Virus record (IMG/VR): IMGVR_UViG_2917938226_000001
DNA length: 37,497 nt
Source: a virus
Reading direction: 5' to 3' (one strand)
The notes under the pieces were generated by a model. That model saw nothing but the letters and a program-made list of their open reading frames with translations. It had not been told where the DNA came from and did not search any database. Shown piece after piece: positions 16,901-26,262 of this stretch (its first letter is position 1; each line of letters opens with the position of its first letter). The translations under genes and the position numbers were made by a program.

Positions 16901-19594
16901 TCACCTGTAGAGTTTGTATTCGGATTTCCGCATGTATACGAACACTCCCAGGAACGTCAGTGCCGCGACGATGGGCGCGAGAGCGAGGGGGAGCCACCCG
17001 AGGAAGACCGGGAGCCCGCCGCCGAAGAGCGGGACGATGATCGCACCCTGTCGGACGCGAGGCCCTGAGAAGAGGCTACCGAGACCGATAATCCAGCAGA
17101 CCGAGATGAGCTGATACCAGAACTCATCTTCGAACCCGAGATCCACCAACCGTCCGGTGCCGTGAAGCGTAATCTCCCGGTAGTTGGAGATGGTGCCATA
17201 CTGCGTGTGCGTCGCGTTGAACCCGTAGGACGCGGTGGTCGGATGCGTGTTGTCGATGGCGTACGAGGAGTTGATCCATCCGGCGGCGTTTGGTGCAGAA
17301 GATTCAGTGTAGAGCACTGTGCCGGCCGCGTCCTTCACCCAGAAGTTGAGTGTTGTGGTGCCGTTGACGCCCTGTGGATCATGGTAGGAGAGGGCGAGCG
17401 AGATGGATTCGGGGGAGACTTCTGTTGCGGTGAGGTCGTAGGAGGGGTACTGTGCGCCGGCCGGAGCGTCACGAAGCCTGAACTGGATGGTGTACTCCGC
17501 CTCTTTCGGGAAGATAGAGAAGGTGGTGGACGTGTTCGAGACCGGATCGAAGGCGTCGATCTGGTAGCGGATGCACTCGATCATCAGGAAGTTGATCGAC
17601 CCGTCGAGGCCGGTGGTGCCGGAGAGCGTCGCGGTGGTGATGTTTGCGCAGTCACCGACCGGGACACCGATGAGGTTGCTGAGCCAGTCGTCAGGGTTGG
17701 ATATCTCGATGTAGGCCGCGGAGAGTTGGACGCCGGGCATCGGGGCGCCGTAGTCGTCGATGCAGTGGAACCGGACGGTCCGCGGGACGTAGTTCCCGGT
17801 AGACGGCGGCGCTGCGGCGGCCTGTTTGGTGAGTAGCAGCGTCACTTTCGTGTCCCGGTCAACGAAGGCGTAGGTGGATGTCGGGTAATATCCCTGCGCC
17901 GCGGCAGAGACCGTGTACGACCCGTAGCCGACGGTGAAGCGGGCGGTGCCGGAGGAGGTGACGGTTTCCTGCCCGTCGGTGAGTGAGACCGTGGTGGAGT
18001 TGGTGAGGATGGTGCCGGCCTCTGCGTCTTTGACGGTGACGTTGAGGGTGAACGACGAGGCGAGGGCGACGTTGCGCTGTGTGACTCCATCGACGACGAC
18101 CGTCTCGGTTATGCCGGTGTGCCCCGGTGCAGAGGCAGAGAGGGTGTACTGCCCGTTGGCGACGTCGGCGAACTCGTAGAACCCCGTGGAGGTGGTGACG
18201 GTGCTGTCGGACCATGAGGCGTTGTTGACCGCGACGGTGGCGCCGGAGATGCCCTGCGCTGAACCCTGAGCGTAGACCTGGCCGTAGAGGGATGTGGTGT
18301 TTGCCGGCGGCGGGGTGTCGGGGTAGAGGTAGAGGTTGATTGCCCAGGTGGAGAGGCGCGGGACGCTGGTATATTCAGTGGTTTGTGAGGTGTAACCGGA
18401 TTTGCTGACGGTGAACGAGACGGGGAAGTCGGGGTTGAGCGGTGTGATGCTGAAGTATCCGGCGCTGTCGGTGGTATCGCTGTCGCTGGTGCCTGCGGCG
18501 GGTTGTGCGGCGGAGACGGTGGCGCCCTCGATGACGGTGCCGGTGGTTACGTCGTAGACGAAGCCGGTGGCGGTGACGTTGGTTTTCGGGTCGATGTACA
18601 TGCCGCTGATCGTTGCGGTGGCAGAGGGAGAGGCGAGTTCTTTGAGCGAGGAGTCGTAGACGCGGCAGGTGATGGTGTGGCGCCCTTCGGAGGGGAAGGA
18701 GAGAGATTGTGTTTTTGCGGCGGCGGCTGTAGTGGCGTGGGAGTAGGTGCCGGTGAATTGGTCGTATTCGTACCATGTGGAGCCGTTGAGATGGTAGGTG
18801 TTGTAGAGGGCGCCGTCGGTGAACCACGAGATGTACGCGTATTCGGGGGCGTCGGCGGCGGCGGATAGGGTGGCCTGGATGGGTTCGTAGACGGCGGCGG
18901 TGGTGGGGGAGAGGGAGAGAATGAAATATGTGGTGTCGGGGTCGTTGGGGAGGTCGGGGGCAGGATCTACATAGACATAATCATAATCTCCCTGAGATAT
19001 AACATAAGCCCACGCCGCAGTACCAAACGTCGGATACATAGCAGACGGCGCAGACGTGGTTAAAACCCGCCAGTCAGCATCATCGATGGCAAATTTCAGA
19101 GTAGTACCTTCAACACGAAACTTATACACATGATAAGAAGAACCCGTTATACGCTCCTCATTAACTAACTTAGACGAACTAGACCCACTACAACGATAAA
19201 CATTGAACCCCGTAGACCATAAACCAACGTGAATCCCATTTCTCGTACTCACATCATACGCAGGAGAAGTACCCGTGAAAAGACCAAAAATGATCTGGTT
19301 CCCCCCAGCATGACGTACCCGAAAATGACATTCATAGGTCCCGCTCATCGAATTAGGATACTGATACCAGTTCCACCGCTTCGCAAGGGAACCCGAATTG
19401 GTCCAGATAGACGCAACACCGACATCCACCGACGACGATCCCCCCGAGACTCGATGATTCCAGACAGACGAGATGGATCCACCGAAGTCGTCCCTAAAAT
19501 CTTCGTAGGCGCTGACGGGGGCGACGGCACCGATCATCATCAATGCGAGGGCGGCGAGGATCACCAACCGTGGCGTGCCTCCTCCCGGCGTCAA
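16901..19594 (-). CDS. Large spike/adsorption-like protein (about 890-900 aa): signal peptide, lectin-like beta-sandwich, carboxypeptidase-regulatory-like repeats, C-terminal TMs
   Basis: LVILAALALMMIGAVAPVSA; GFVYDVTTGTVIEGATVS...TDSAGYFSI and GISGATV...TTSTGFYEF repeats; many N-x-S/T sequons; TTG start inferred. Confidence 0.8.
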   Translation of the reverse strand: MTPGGGTPRLVILAALALMMIGAVAPVSAYEDFRDDFGGSISSVWNHRVSGGSSSVDVGVASIWTNSGSLAKRWNWYQYPNSMSGTYECHFRVRHAGGNQIIFGLFTGTSPAYDVSTRNGIHVGLWSTGFNVYRCSGSSSSKLVNEERITGSSYHVYKFRVEGTTLKFAIDDADWRVLTTSAPSAMYPTFGTAAWAYVISQGDYDYVYVDPAPDLPNDPDTTYFILSLSPTTAAVYEPIQATLSAAADAPEYAYISWFTDGALYNTYHLNGSTWYEYDQFTGTYSHATTAAAAKTQSLSFPSEGRHTITCRVYDSSLKELASPSATATISGMYIDPKTNVTATGFVYDVTTGTVIEGATVSAAQPAAGTSDSDTTDSAGYFSITPLNPDFPVSFTVSKSGYTSQTTEYTSVPRLSTWAINLYLYPDTPPPANTTSLYGQVYAQGSAQGISGATVAVNNASWSDSTVTTSTGFYEFADVANGQYTLSASAPGHTGITETVVVDGVTQRNVALASSFTLNVTVKDAEAGTILTNSTTVSLTDGQETVTSSGTARFTVGYGSYTVSAAAQGYYPTSTYAFVDRDTKVTLLLTKQAAAAPPSTGNYVPRTVRFHCIDDYGAPMPGVQLSAAYIEISNPDDWLSNLIGVPVGDCANITTATLSGTTGLDGSINFLMIECIRYQIDAFDPVSNTSTTFSIFPKEAEYTIQFRLRDAPAGAQYPSYDLTATEVSPESISLALSYHDPQGVNGTTTLNFWVKDAAGTVLYTESSAPNAAGWINSSYAIDNTHPTTASYGFNATHTQYGTISNYREITLHGTGRLVDLGFEDEFWYQLISVCWIIGLGSLFSGPRVRQGAIIVPLFGGGLPVFLGWLPLALAPIVAALTFLGVFVYMRKSEYKLYR

Positions 19595-19860
19595 TACCCA
19601 TCCCTCCTGTACTGCACCTTCTGAATCACCACGCGCCAGATGTAGATCAGCGCTCCGACGCCGCAGGCGAGAATCAAGAAATAGAAGAACTTCGCGAGCA
19701 TGAACCAGGTATTGGCATACGGGTTCGGGCCGTTGGCACCGATATACATCGTGAACCAATCGAAGATAGGCCCGAAGCCGATCACCAGGGCGAAGAGGGC
19801 GACGATGGTGCCCAACCCCGCAATGATGGCGAAGATCACAGACGGTCCTCCGTCGCTCAT
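19591..19860 (-). CDS. Small helical-hairpin membrane protein, candidate minor capsid protein
   Basis: MSDGG then two hydrophobic helices and a basic tail. Confidence 0.65.
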   Translation of the reverse strand: MSDGGPSVIFAIIAGLGTIVALFALVIGFGPIFDWFTMYIGANGPNPYANTWFMLAKFFYFLILACGVGALIYIWRVVIQKVQYRRDGY

Positions 19861-19861
19861 A

Positions 19862-20137
19862 TCAGATCCCTCCGTCGTCGCTGCGGTTGGCGACAATGAC
19901 CGCGTACAGTCCGAGGGGGAGGAGGACGCCGAAGATGAGGAAAGTGCCGAAGATCAGGTTGAGATGGCCCATGGTGTCCTCGCGGTCCTGAGACATGGGG
20001 AAGGCGCCGTCGGCTTGGTCGATGTGTTGGTCGTTGAGGGTGTCGATGATCGGGCCGGAGGCGATGTAGAGGAAGCCGACGACGGCGAGGGCGACGGCGA
20101 GGTAGACGAGGACGCCGACACTGCCCGCGTCATCCAT
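19862..20137 (-). CDS. Small helical-hairpin membrane protein, candidate minor capsid protein
   Basis: MDDAG then two hydrophobic helices. Confidence 0.65.
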   Translation of the reverse strand: MDDAGSVGVLVYLAVALAVVGFLYIASGPIIDTLNDQHIDQADGAFPMSQDREDTMGHLNLIFGTFLIFGVLLPLGLYAVIVANRSDDGGI

Positions 20138-20330
20138 CGCTCTCCTCCTCCCCCTCGGGCGGCTGGATGATGCCGTAGTCTTTCATGATGTCGGTGAGGG
20201 TGGCGCCTACGACGCCGCCGGGGTAATCCTCGGCGAGGAGGGTGAGGACGGTGGCGACCCGGGCGCGGTAGGCCGCGGTGTTGGCTGCGGCGGTGACTTC
20301 ATCTTCGGTGTAGACGGTTTTGGAACTCAT
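20130..20330 (-). CDS. Small hypothetical protein
   Basis: 66 aa, coupled in operon. Confidence 0.6.
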   Translation of the reverse strand: MSSKTVYTEDEVTAAANTAAYRARVATVLTLLAEDYPGGVVGATLTDIMKDYGIIQPPEGEEESDG

Positions 20331-21922
20331 TTCTTCGACCTCTTTTTCTTTTTCTTGGCGGGAGTTTTCACGGGTGGCGGGACGATGGCGAAGGGGACGG
20401 GGGAGAGTTCGAAGAAGCCGATCCCGCCCTTTTTCGTGCTCTTCTTCTTGCTTTTCTTCTTACTCTTCTTCCGGCGGCGGCGCTCCTGGGATTGTGCGGG
20501 CGGCCCGAAGGAGAAGGCCGGAGGGTTTGCCGGCGGATAGCCCGGCGGGTTTTCGGGCGGGAAGTCGAACGGGTTGTCGAGGATGTTGATCTCGGGGATG
20601 GTGTCGGTGCCAATGATGGTGCTCGCGGCAGATGCGGGGGTCGCCAGTGCGGCCAGAATCGACGATGTGATCGGGACTGAGGGCGAGTGAGCATAGTCGA
20701 GCGGCGATGAGTGAGCGAAGGCTCCAGGTAGAGCGGCGTCGATCCCGCCGTCAAGGGCGTCGGCGACGCGGTCGGAGGGACGGTAGGAAGTAGTGTTTCC
20801 GGGTTTGACTTGCGTTTCGGGAGGAGTGACGAAAACGTACCGGGGAGACTCTGCGATTATGTCGGGCGTCACGACGGGGACGGTAGGCTGGACCAGCCGA
20901 TCCTCTGCGGTCGGTCGAGAGAGAGGTTGCGGACCGGTGGGGAATGCTGGGAAGGCGTCGGGGAAGTTAGACGGGCCGAATGGAGACTGCGGTGAAGGGA
21001 TGGCTTCGGTAGCCTGGAAGCGTGCTTTGGTTGTGTCGGGACGGGTGAAGATCTCAGCGCGACCGATGTTCCAGGCGTCGGGCGAGTAGGGGATCTCGGG
21101 GATGTGGTGATCTCTGGCGATCCGCTCGTTGGTGCCGGCGGGATTTTTCGGCGGGGTGATCGTTGCCCGGGAGATGTTCGGGCCGTTCCCGATCTCTGCA
21201 CCCCCTGGACTCCATTCACTGTTACCGGGCCGATGCGTACCGATATCGAAGGGCTCTTTACCGCCGAAAATCTCCTGTTCGGGTCGGCCGGTTGGGAATT
21301 GTGGTCCGGGGTTCGGTGTCGTGGGGAAGATTTCGGCGACCGCGAGAGGAAGCGTGGCGGCGGCACCGGCGGCGAGGGCTGTACCTGCCCCCGCTCCCAC
21401 CGTGCCCGCTCCCTGAGCGGTTGCGAACCCTGCGGCACCTCCTCCGGTGCGGCCGATTGTCGTGGCGACCGCGGGCCCTGCTGCTGCAGCGCCGCCGCCG
21501 ACCCCGAGCACTGCTCCGGCGGTCAGGGCGGTCCCGACGATCCCGGCACCGATGAGCGCACCTTTCCCGAGGTCTTCAGGCCGGGCGGCAAACTGGTACC
21601 GGGAGTCTTTTGGTAGGCCGGGGATGATGCCGAACACCGTGTCCATCCCTTTCCCGACCAGAAAGCCGAGGGCGGCGGGGCCGGCTTTGATGGCGACGTC
21701 TATGGGCGACGCGTGATGAGAAGAGGGGTTTGGCTGCTGGCGTGCGGCGCTCTGCGGTTCAGGCGGGCGCTGCGGACGAGGCGCGGGCTGCTGCTGAGGA
21801 GGAGGTTGGGGAACGGGAGGCTGTCCCCCGTTCTGCTGTATCTGGTGCTGTGCGGCGAGGCGTTGGGCGGCGAGCGCCTGCGGTCCCGGGTGCGTGACCG
21901 GGCGAGGAAGCGGAGTGGCCAT
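20327..21922 (-). CDS. Pro/Gln-rich protein with Gly/Ala hydrophobic middle and poly-Lys tail
   Basis: GGAGG RBS; C-terminal RRRRKKSKKKSKKKSTKK...KKKKKRSKK. Confidence 0.7.
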   Translation of the reverse strand: MATPLPRPVTHPGPQALAAQRLAAQHQIQQNGGQPPVPQPPPQQQPAPRPQRPPEPQSAARQQPNPSSHHASPIDVAIKAGPAALGFLVGKGMDTVFGIIPGLPKDSRYQFAARPEDLGKGALIGAGIVGTALTAGAVLGVGGGAAAAGPAVATTIGRTGGGAAGFATAQGAGTVGAGAGTALAAGAAATLPLAVAEIFPTTPNPGPQFPTGRPEQEIFGGKEPFDIGTHRPGNSEWSPGGAEIGNGPNISRATITPPKNPAGTNERIARDHHIPEIPYSPDAWNIGRAEIFTRPDTTKARFQATEAIPSPQSPFGPSNFPDAFPAFPTGPQPLSRPTAEDRLVQPTVPVVTPDIIAESPRYVFVTPPETQVKPGNTTSYRPSDRVADALDGGIDAALPGAFAHSSPLDYAHSPSVPITSSILAALATPASAASTIIGTDTIPEINILDNPFDFPPENPPGYPPANPPAFSFGPPAQSQERRRRKKSKKKSKKKSTKKGGIGFFELSPVPFAIVPPPVKTPAKKKKKRSKK

Positions 21923-21928
21923 GACAGA

Positions 21929-22645
21929 TCACGCCCCTCCTCCACCGCCGAAGATGTAGACAACTGCCATGATAGCGCAGATCACCATCTCGACCGCGAT
22001 GAGCGCCTTCATCCACCCCGGCCACGAGGACGTTTTGAGGTCGTCGGTCTCTTCGGCAACCCTCTCAGCGATGTGCCCTTCGAGATCTCCGGCACCGATG
22101 CGCTGAAGGTAACGCTCAATCTCGAAGAGAGGAACCTCAGAGACGGCCGGGATGAGGACGGGATCGTCGATTTTCCCGGCCTTGAGCAGATCCATCAGGT
22201 CGCCGTAGTTTGCAATCTGTTCATCTTCGTCGTGTGTCTTGTTCCAGTCAATTACGGCGGTTTTAACGGCGGTCTGGAGTTTCGGATCGGTGGAGATCCC
22301 CCAGGTGTCCAGGAAGATCTTGGCGTTAACGGCACCGAAACGGTGACTGTCGGGGGACCGCTGAATCCAGGAAAGTGGGAGACCGACGGCGGTGAAGATC
22401 CCGGCAACGTAGTCCATTGCCTTGAACTTCATGCGTCCCGACCGCTCAACGAGGACGCCGAGATCTGAACCGGTACGCGAGGCGGTCCAGTAGCCGTTCA
22501 CCGGCCCCATGGACCACCAGTACCAGATCCACGCACCGTTTGAGAGGAGCAAGAACACTCCGAAGGCCACGAAAGCCCACCAATACCATGCGAGCCCGAG
22601 GATCATCCCCTCGGTCGCCCCGGTTGTATATACGCTTACAGGCAT
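21929..22645 (-). CDS. Membrane protein with N- and C-terminal TM segments
   Basis: YWWAFVAFGVFLLL and WMKALIAVEMVICAIMAVVYIF. Confidence 0.75.
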   Translation of the reverse strand: MPVSVYTTGATEGMILGLAWYWWAFVAFGVFLLLSNGAWIWYWWSMGPVNGYWTASRTGSDLGVLVERSGRMKFKAMDYVAGIFTAVGLPLSWIQRSPDSHRFGAVNAKIFLDTWGISTDPKLQTAVKTAVIDWNKTHDEDEQIANYGDLMDLLKAGKIDDPVLIPAVSEVPLFEIERYLQRIGAGDLEGHIAERVAEETDDLKTSSWPGWMKALIAVEMVICAIMAVVYIFGGGGGA

Positions 22646-22649
22646 TTTT

Positions 22650-23135
22650 TTAACCTCTCTTTATGAAGGATAGGAACCCCCCGCCGACATCTTTCGGGAC
22701 GTCGGGCCGTCCCGCCGAGATAGTCTGTGAGATTCTGTTCTCGTTGAGGGCGTCGCGCTCTCTGCTGTGCCGAGTATACCCGATGGACTTGCCCGCGAGG
22801 ATGTCGCAGAAGACGAACCGGGCCATCCTCTCTGCTGCGTATTCGTCGGCGTCCCACTCTTTGACTCGCATAATGTCCGTGACGCGCCGCCGCAGTTTCT
22901 TGTGTGCCTCGGGCGTCGGGATGTTGGTGAGTTCGACGTGTCTGGCGACGGGACCGGAGAAGATCCACAGGTCGGCCAGGGATTTTGTGTTCGGGATGTC
23001 CGGGTCAAGGAGTTTCGCGAGGGTACGCTCGCCCAGAGGCATTCCTGCGGACGGCAGAGCGCGGTCCGGGTCGTTGGCCCGTTCCATGAGTTCTTCGTAT
23101 TCTTCATCTGAGATTTCGAGTGGCATGGGGTTCAC
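22650..23135 (-). CDS. Hypothetical soluble protein
   Basis: 161 aa, GAGGTG RBS, coupled. Confidence 0.7.
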   Translation of the reverse strand: MNPMPLEISDEEYEELMERANDPDRALPSAGMPLGERTLAKLLDPDIPNTKSLADLWIFSGPVARHVELTNIPTPEAHKKLRRRVTDIMRVKEWDADEYAAERMARFVFCDILAGKSIGYTRHSRERDALNENRISQTISAGRPDVPKDVGGGFLSFIKRG

Positions 23136-23614
23136 CTCATCGGCGGCATTTCGCCGCGTTCCATGAGTTTTGCATCTCTGATCGGGCGTAGATACTCCTC
23201 CCAGACCACGCGCCAGACGTTGATGACGCTCGCCAGAGTGACCGCGAGGAGAAGGTACGGGACGCCGGCGGGGTGGACAACCGTCTCGACCGGGATGACG
23301 TGGACCGCGCCGTCGATCACCTCGGTATAGGTGGCAGCGAAGGCAATGGCGGTGGAAAGGTAGGCGGCAGCGGCACTGAAGATGAACGCGAGGATAGCCC
23401 AGAGGTCATGTGCGCCGACGTTGGGATAAAGCGAGAGGAAGAGGAAAAGGAACGGCGCGATGGCGATAGGTAGCCAGATCTCGAAGGGGATGTATGCCGC
23501 GTCGGGAGGGAGGATCGTCGTGGTATCGGCGGCCGTGACGTTGATTGCCGCCGCCGGCGCTATGATGAAAGAGAAGAGCACTAAAAGGGGAAGAAATGAG
23601 ATTCGGGGGGTCAT
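23132..23614 (-). CDS. Multi-TM membrane protein with signal peptide
   Basis: Four hydrophobic segments. Confidence 0.72.
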   Translation of the reverse strand: MTPRISFLPLLVLFSFIIAPAAAINVTAADTTTILPPDAAYIPFEIWLPIAIAPFLFLFLSLYPNVGAHDLWAILAFIFSAAAAYLSTAIAFAATYTEVIDGAVHVIPVETVVHPAGVPYLLLAVTLASVINVWRVVWEEYLRPIRDAKLMERGEMPPMR

Positions 23615-23626
23615 GATTGCCCCCGG

Positions 23627-23992
23627 TTACTTCTGGCGCGGCATCAGGACGTAGAGCGCACCAAGGATACCGACAGCCGCCATGATGATCAGCGTGATCG
23701 CCAGGAGACCGTACCCGCTCTGGGTCGTGGTGGCCAGACTGGTCTGGATTCCGTGCCAGGACGAGTTGTCGGGGATGGCGGGGGTCCCTGCCTCGATGTT
23801 GTAGAGGATCACAACGCCGATAGCCATCACGACTGCCGCGACGATGAACCCGAGGACAACATTGACGTTGCCATCCTCCACGTCCATCTTGTACCGGTCC
23901 CTGACGGCGCTAGCGCCGCCGGTTGCGTATACGGCGAGGAGTTCCTTGCCGTACTTGGTGTACTTTTCAATCAGAGTCATCTTTCCTTTCAC
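23627..23992 (-). CDS. Candidate major capsid protein of spindle-shaped-virus type (propeptide plus hydrophobic helical hairpin)
   Basis: Charged 40-aa leader ending DVEDG, helix 1 VVLGFIVAAVVMAIGVVILY, linker with NSS sequon, helix 2 LLAITLIIMAAVGILGALY, basic end; own AT-rich promoter; next to the ATPase. Confidence 0.7.
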   Translation of the reverse strand: MKGKMTLIEKYTKYGKELLAVYATGGASAVRDRYKMDVEDGNVNVVLGFIVAAVVMAIGVVILYNIEAGTPAIPDNSSWHGIQTSLATTTQSGYGLLAITLIIMAAVGILGALYVLMPRQK

Positions 23993-24009
23993 CTCACTTG
24001 GTGAGGTAT

Positions 24010-24066
24010 TGGAAGATATACTATATAGATGTAGTTATGAACTATTTAGAATATATTTAGTATATT
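24010..24066 (-). promoter_or_regulatory. AT-rich promoter region for the structural operon
   Basis: Intergenic TATATA-rich stretch upstream of the GTGAGGTGA RBS of the capsid candidate. Confidence 0.55.
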
Positions 24067-24068
24067 GA

Positions 24069-25124
24069 CTATATTGACGCGGCATCTTCTGGTGGCGGGG
24101 CGGCGACAGTCTTCACAATTGGGGGTTGGTTCGGGATGCGAGTGAATGGGAGACGGCCGAACCGCTCTTTTGGCTCTTCGAGGATGGCCCACCCGTGCCG
24201 CGGGAGGATGCCGATCAGACGGGTGGAAACCATGCTGATCCTGCTCTTCGGGCGACTCCCCCGCAACCAGATGTAATAAGAGAGCCGGTCGGTGACGCGA
24301 TAATCCATGTCGTTGGTGTCCTGGGTGCCGATCATCATGGAGATGTTGTTTTTTCGGAAACTGATCATCGTCTCTGAGAACCAGCCTACCAGGTGCCAGA
24401 GGTCTCCCCGGGCGCAGGCCGGGAAGACCTGGTGCGCCTCGTCGATGGAGATAAGGAAGAACTCGTCCTGGTATTTCAGGCGGATCAGGGCTTCGAGGAA
24501 CTCATACCACCAGATTGCAGAGGGTGCGCGAACCGCCTCGGTAGGGCGCTTTTTCTGCCGGGTGAGGTCGGCGGCCATAATACGGTCCAGAACTTCAGGC
24601 GGGAGGTAATACTCCCGGGGTTCGTATACGATATTGATGCCGCCCATAAGGAGGTTAGAGTACAAATCCTCGACAGTGCCGTACGTAGTAATCTCTTCGA
24701 TGGGCTGAAGTTGGATCTGATACCTCTTTCGGTCGCGCTCTTCGTACCACGCGAGACGGTCTTTGTAATAGAGATGAACCCTAAGAGGTTTGACGTGTTT
24801 CGCATCGGGGAACGATTTCTGGAAGTTTTGCGGGATCTGGCAGTTCCAGTGGTCGTTCTCCAGGCCGCGGTGAATGACGGTTTCGGGATATTTCGGGGCG
24901 CCTCCAGAGGAATGCTTGTTGTATGGTGCCGGCAGGTACGTTGCTGCTTGTTCGAGTTGTACTATGAACGTGCTTTTCCCGCTACCGAATTTCCCGACAA
25001 GCCCCGTCATGGTTCCCCCGTAAGCGGTCACGCCGTCGTCATGCACGGAAATCTCATACGCCATCTCTCTGCCCTTCGAGGCCGACACTCTCTGAAGAGG
25101 GCGCGGGAGTGTGGATTCGTCCAT
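24069..25124 (-). CDS. P-loop ATPase (FtsK/HerA/Zot-like; putative packaging or assembly ATPase)
   Basis: Walker A GKFGSGKST, Walker B LISIDEAH, RKNNISMMIGTQ, DYRV. Confidence 0.88.
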   Translation of the reverse strand: MDESTLPRPLQRVSASKGREMAYEISVHDDGVTAYGGTMTGLVGKFGSGKSTFIVQLEQAATYLPAPYNKHSSGGAPKYPETVIHRGLENDHWNCQIPQNFQKSFPDAKHVKPLRVHLYYKDRLAWYEERDRKRYQIQLQPIEEITTYGTVEDLYSNLLMGGINIVYEPREYYLPPEVLDRIMAADLTRQKKRPTEAVRAPSAIWWYEFLEALIRLKYQDEFFLISIDEAHQVFPACARGDLWHLVGWFSETMISFRKNNISMMIGTQDTNDMDYRVTDRLSYYIWLRGSRPKSRISMVSTRLIGILPRHGWAILEEPKERFGRLPFTRIPNQPPIVKTVAAPPPEDAASI

Positions 25125-25522
25125 TATTCGCCACTTCCGCGCCTATCCTCTGCGGGGGAAGGTCTCTTGTTCAGGAGCATGTCGGAGAAGTACATGTCTT
25201 GCGATGCGATGGAGATCAAGTCTTCATTCAGGCATACAGTGACGAAATAGTCCATGATGTCTGAGGTTTTTGAGAGTGTTTCAGCCCAGAGGCTGCTATC
25301 GTTGGCAAAGGACGTTGCAACCTTATCCCACGTCTTCTTCCACTCAACCCAGTCTGAGAGGAATTGGGCGGGGGGCTTCCCTTTCTTTTTTTGAATAGCC
25401 GCCCATGTGAGGGACATGACGGAGCGGGACAACCGAAGCGCCTGGGCGGGATCCGTGGAGCATGACGCCACCACAATCAGGCGACCAAGAGCCTCTTTAT
25501 AATCATTGGGTATAATGCCCAT
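25124..25522 (-). CDS. Hypothetical protein
   Basis: 132 aa, TAATG coupling to the ATPase. Confidence 0.7.
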   Translation of the reverse strand: MGIIPNDYKEALGRLIVVASCSTDPAQALRLSRSVMSLTWAAIQKKKGKPPAQFLSDWVEWKKTWDKVATSFANDSSLWAETLSKTSDIMDYFVTVCLNEDLISIASQDMYFSDMLLNKRPSPAEDRRGSGE

Positions 25523-25682
25523 GCTATATACTTTTCGTGATTACATATATACTTCACTGGGGGGTGTAGGGCACCGTTAAGAGAACGAATTGTCCGAATC
25601 CCAGGGGGGCGGCGGCCGGCGTGACGGGAGAGGGATACATAAAGGGGAGAAATGAGAGAAAAAGAGAATTAGAGAAAGATTA

Positions 25683-26210
25683 TCACTTTTTCTTGCTCTT
25701 CTTCTTGGCACTCTTCTTCCGAGTCTTCTTCTTCGGGGCTGGCGCACCGAAGCCGAAGGGATCGTAGGATCCCATGTTGGCACCGAAGTCGGCGAAGTTT
25801 GCCCCGCCGGGGAGACCGCCGCCAGGACCGAGGTTGGCGTTGACGTTGCCACCAATTTCGCCAACATTGTCAAGGATGCCAGCGAAGCCAGAGGGTTTCT
25901 GCGCGGCGGCCCGCTCAGCTTTGGTAAGTTTGCGGACTTTGGGAGAAGTCTCGATCTTCGAGAGTTGCATGCCCGCTTTCCCCAGGGAGAGTTCAGACCT
26001 GGGGTTGGCATCGATGACGCGGTCGCCACCAGGGAGGAGGTAACGGCCGGGCGTCGAGGTCTTGCGGAGGTTGTGCTGCTTGACGAAGTTGTCTTCGCGC
26101 TCGCTGACGGCGCGTTCCTGCTCTCTTTTTAGTTTTCGCTCTTCGTTGCGGGTTGCGAGGGAGCGGCGGGCGTCGCCGCTCCAATTTTTAATGGAGCCTA
26201 GGATCCCCAT
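25683..26210 (-). CDS. Basic protein with poly-Lys tail
   Basis: C-terminal APKKKTRKKSAKKKSKKK. Confidence 0.7.
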   Translation of the reverse strand: MGILGSIKNWSGDARRSLATRNEERKLKREQERAVSEREDNFVKQHNLRKTSTPGRYLLPGGDRVIDANPRSELSLGKAGMQLSKIETSPKVRKLTKAERAAAQKPSGFAGILDNVGEIGGNVNANLGPGGGLPGGANFADFGANMGSYDPFGFGAPAPKKKTRKKSAKKKSKKK

Positions 26211-26262
26211 GGATATAGAGTAGCGAGAGTGTGACAAATAGTTATCGGTAGGAATATATAAT

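Noticed and set aside
16901-19594. Diversity-generating retroelement acting on the spike
   Set aside because: No reverse transcriptase and no template/variable repeat pair seen
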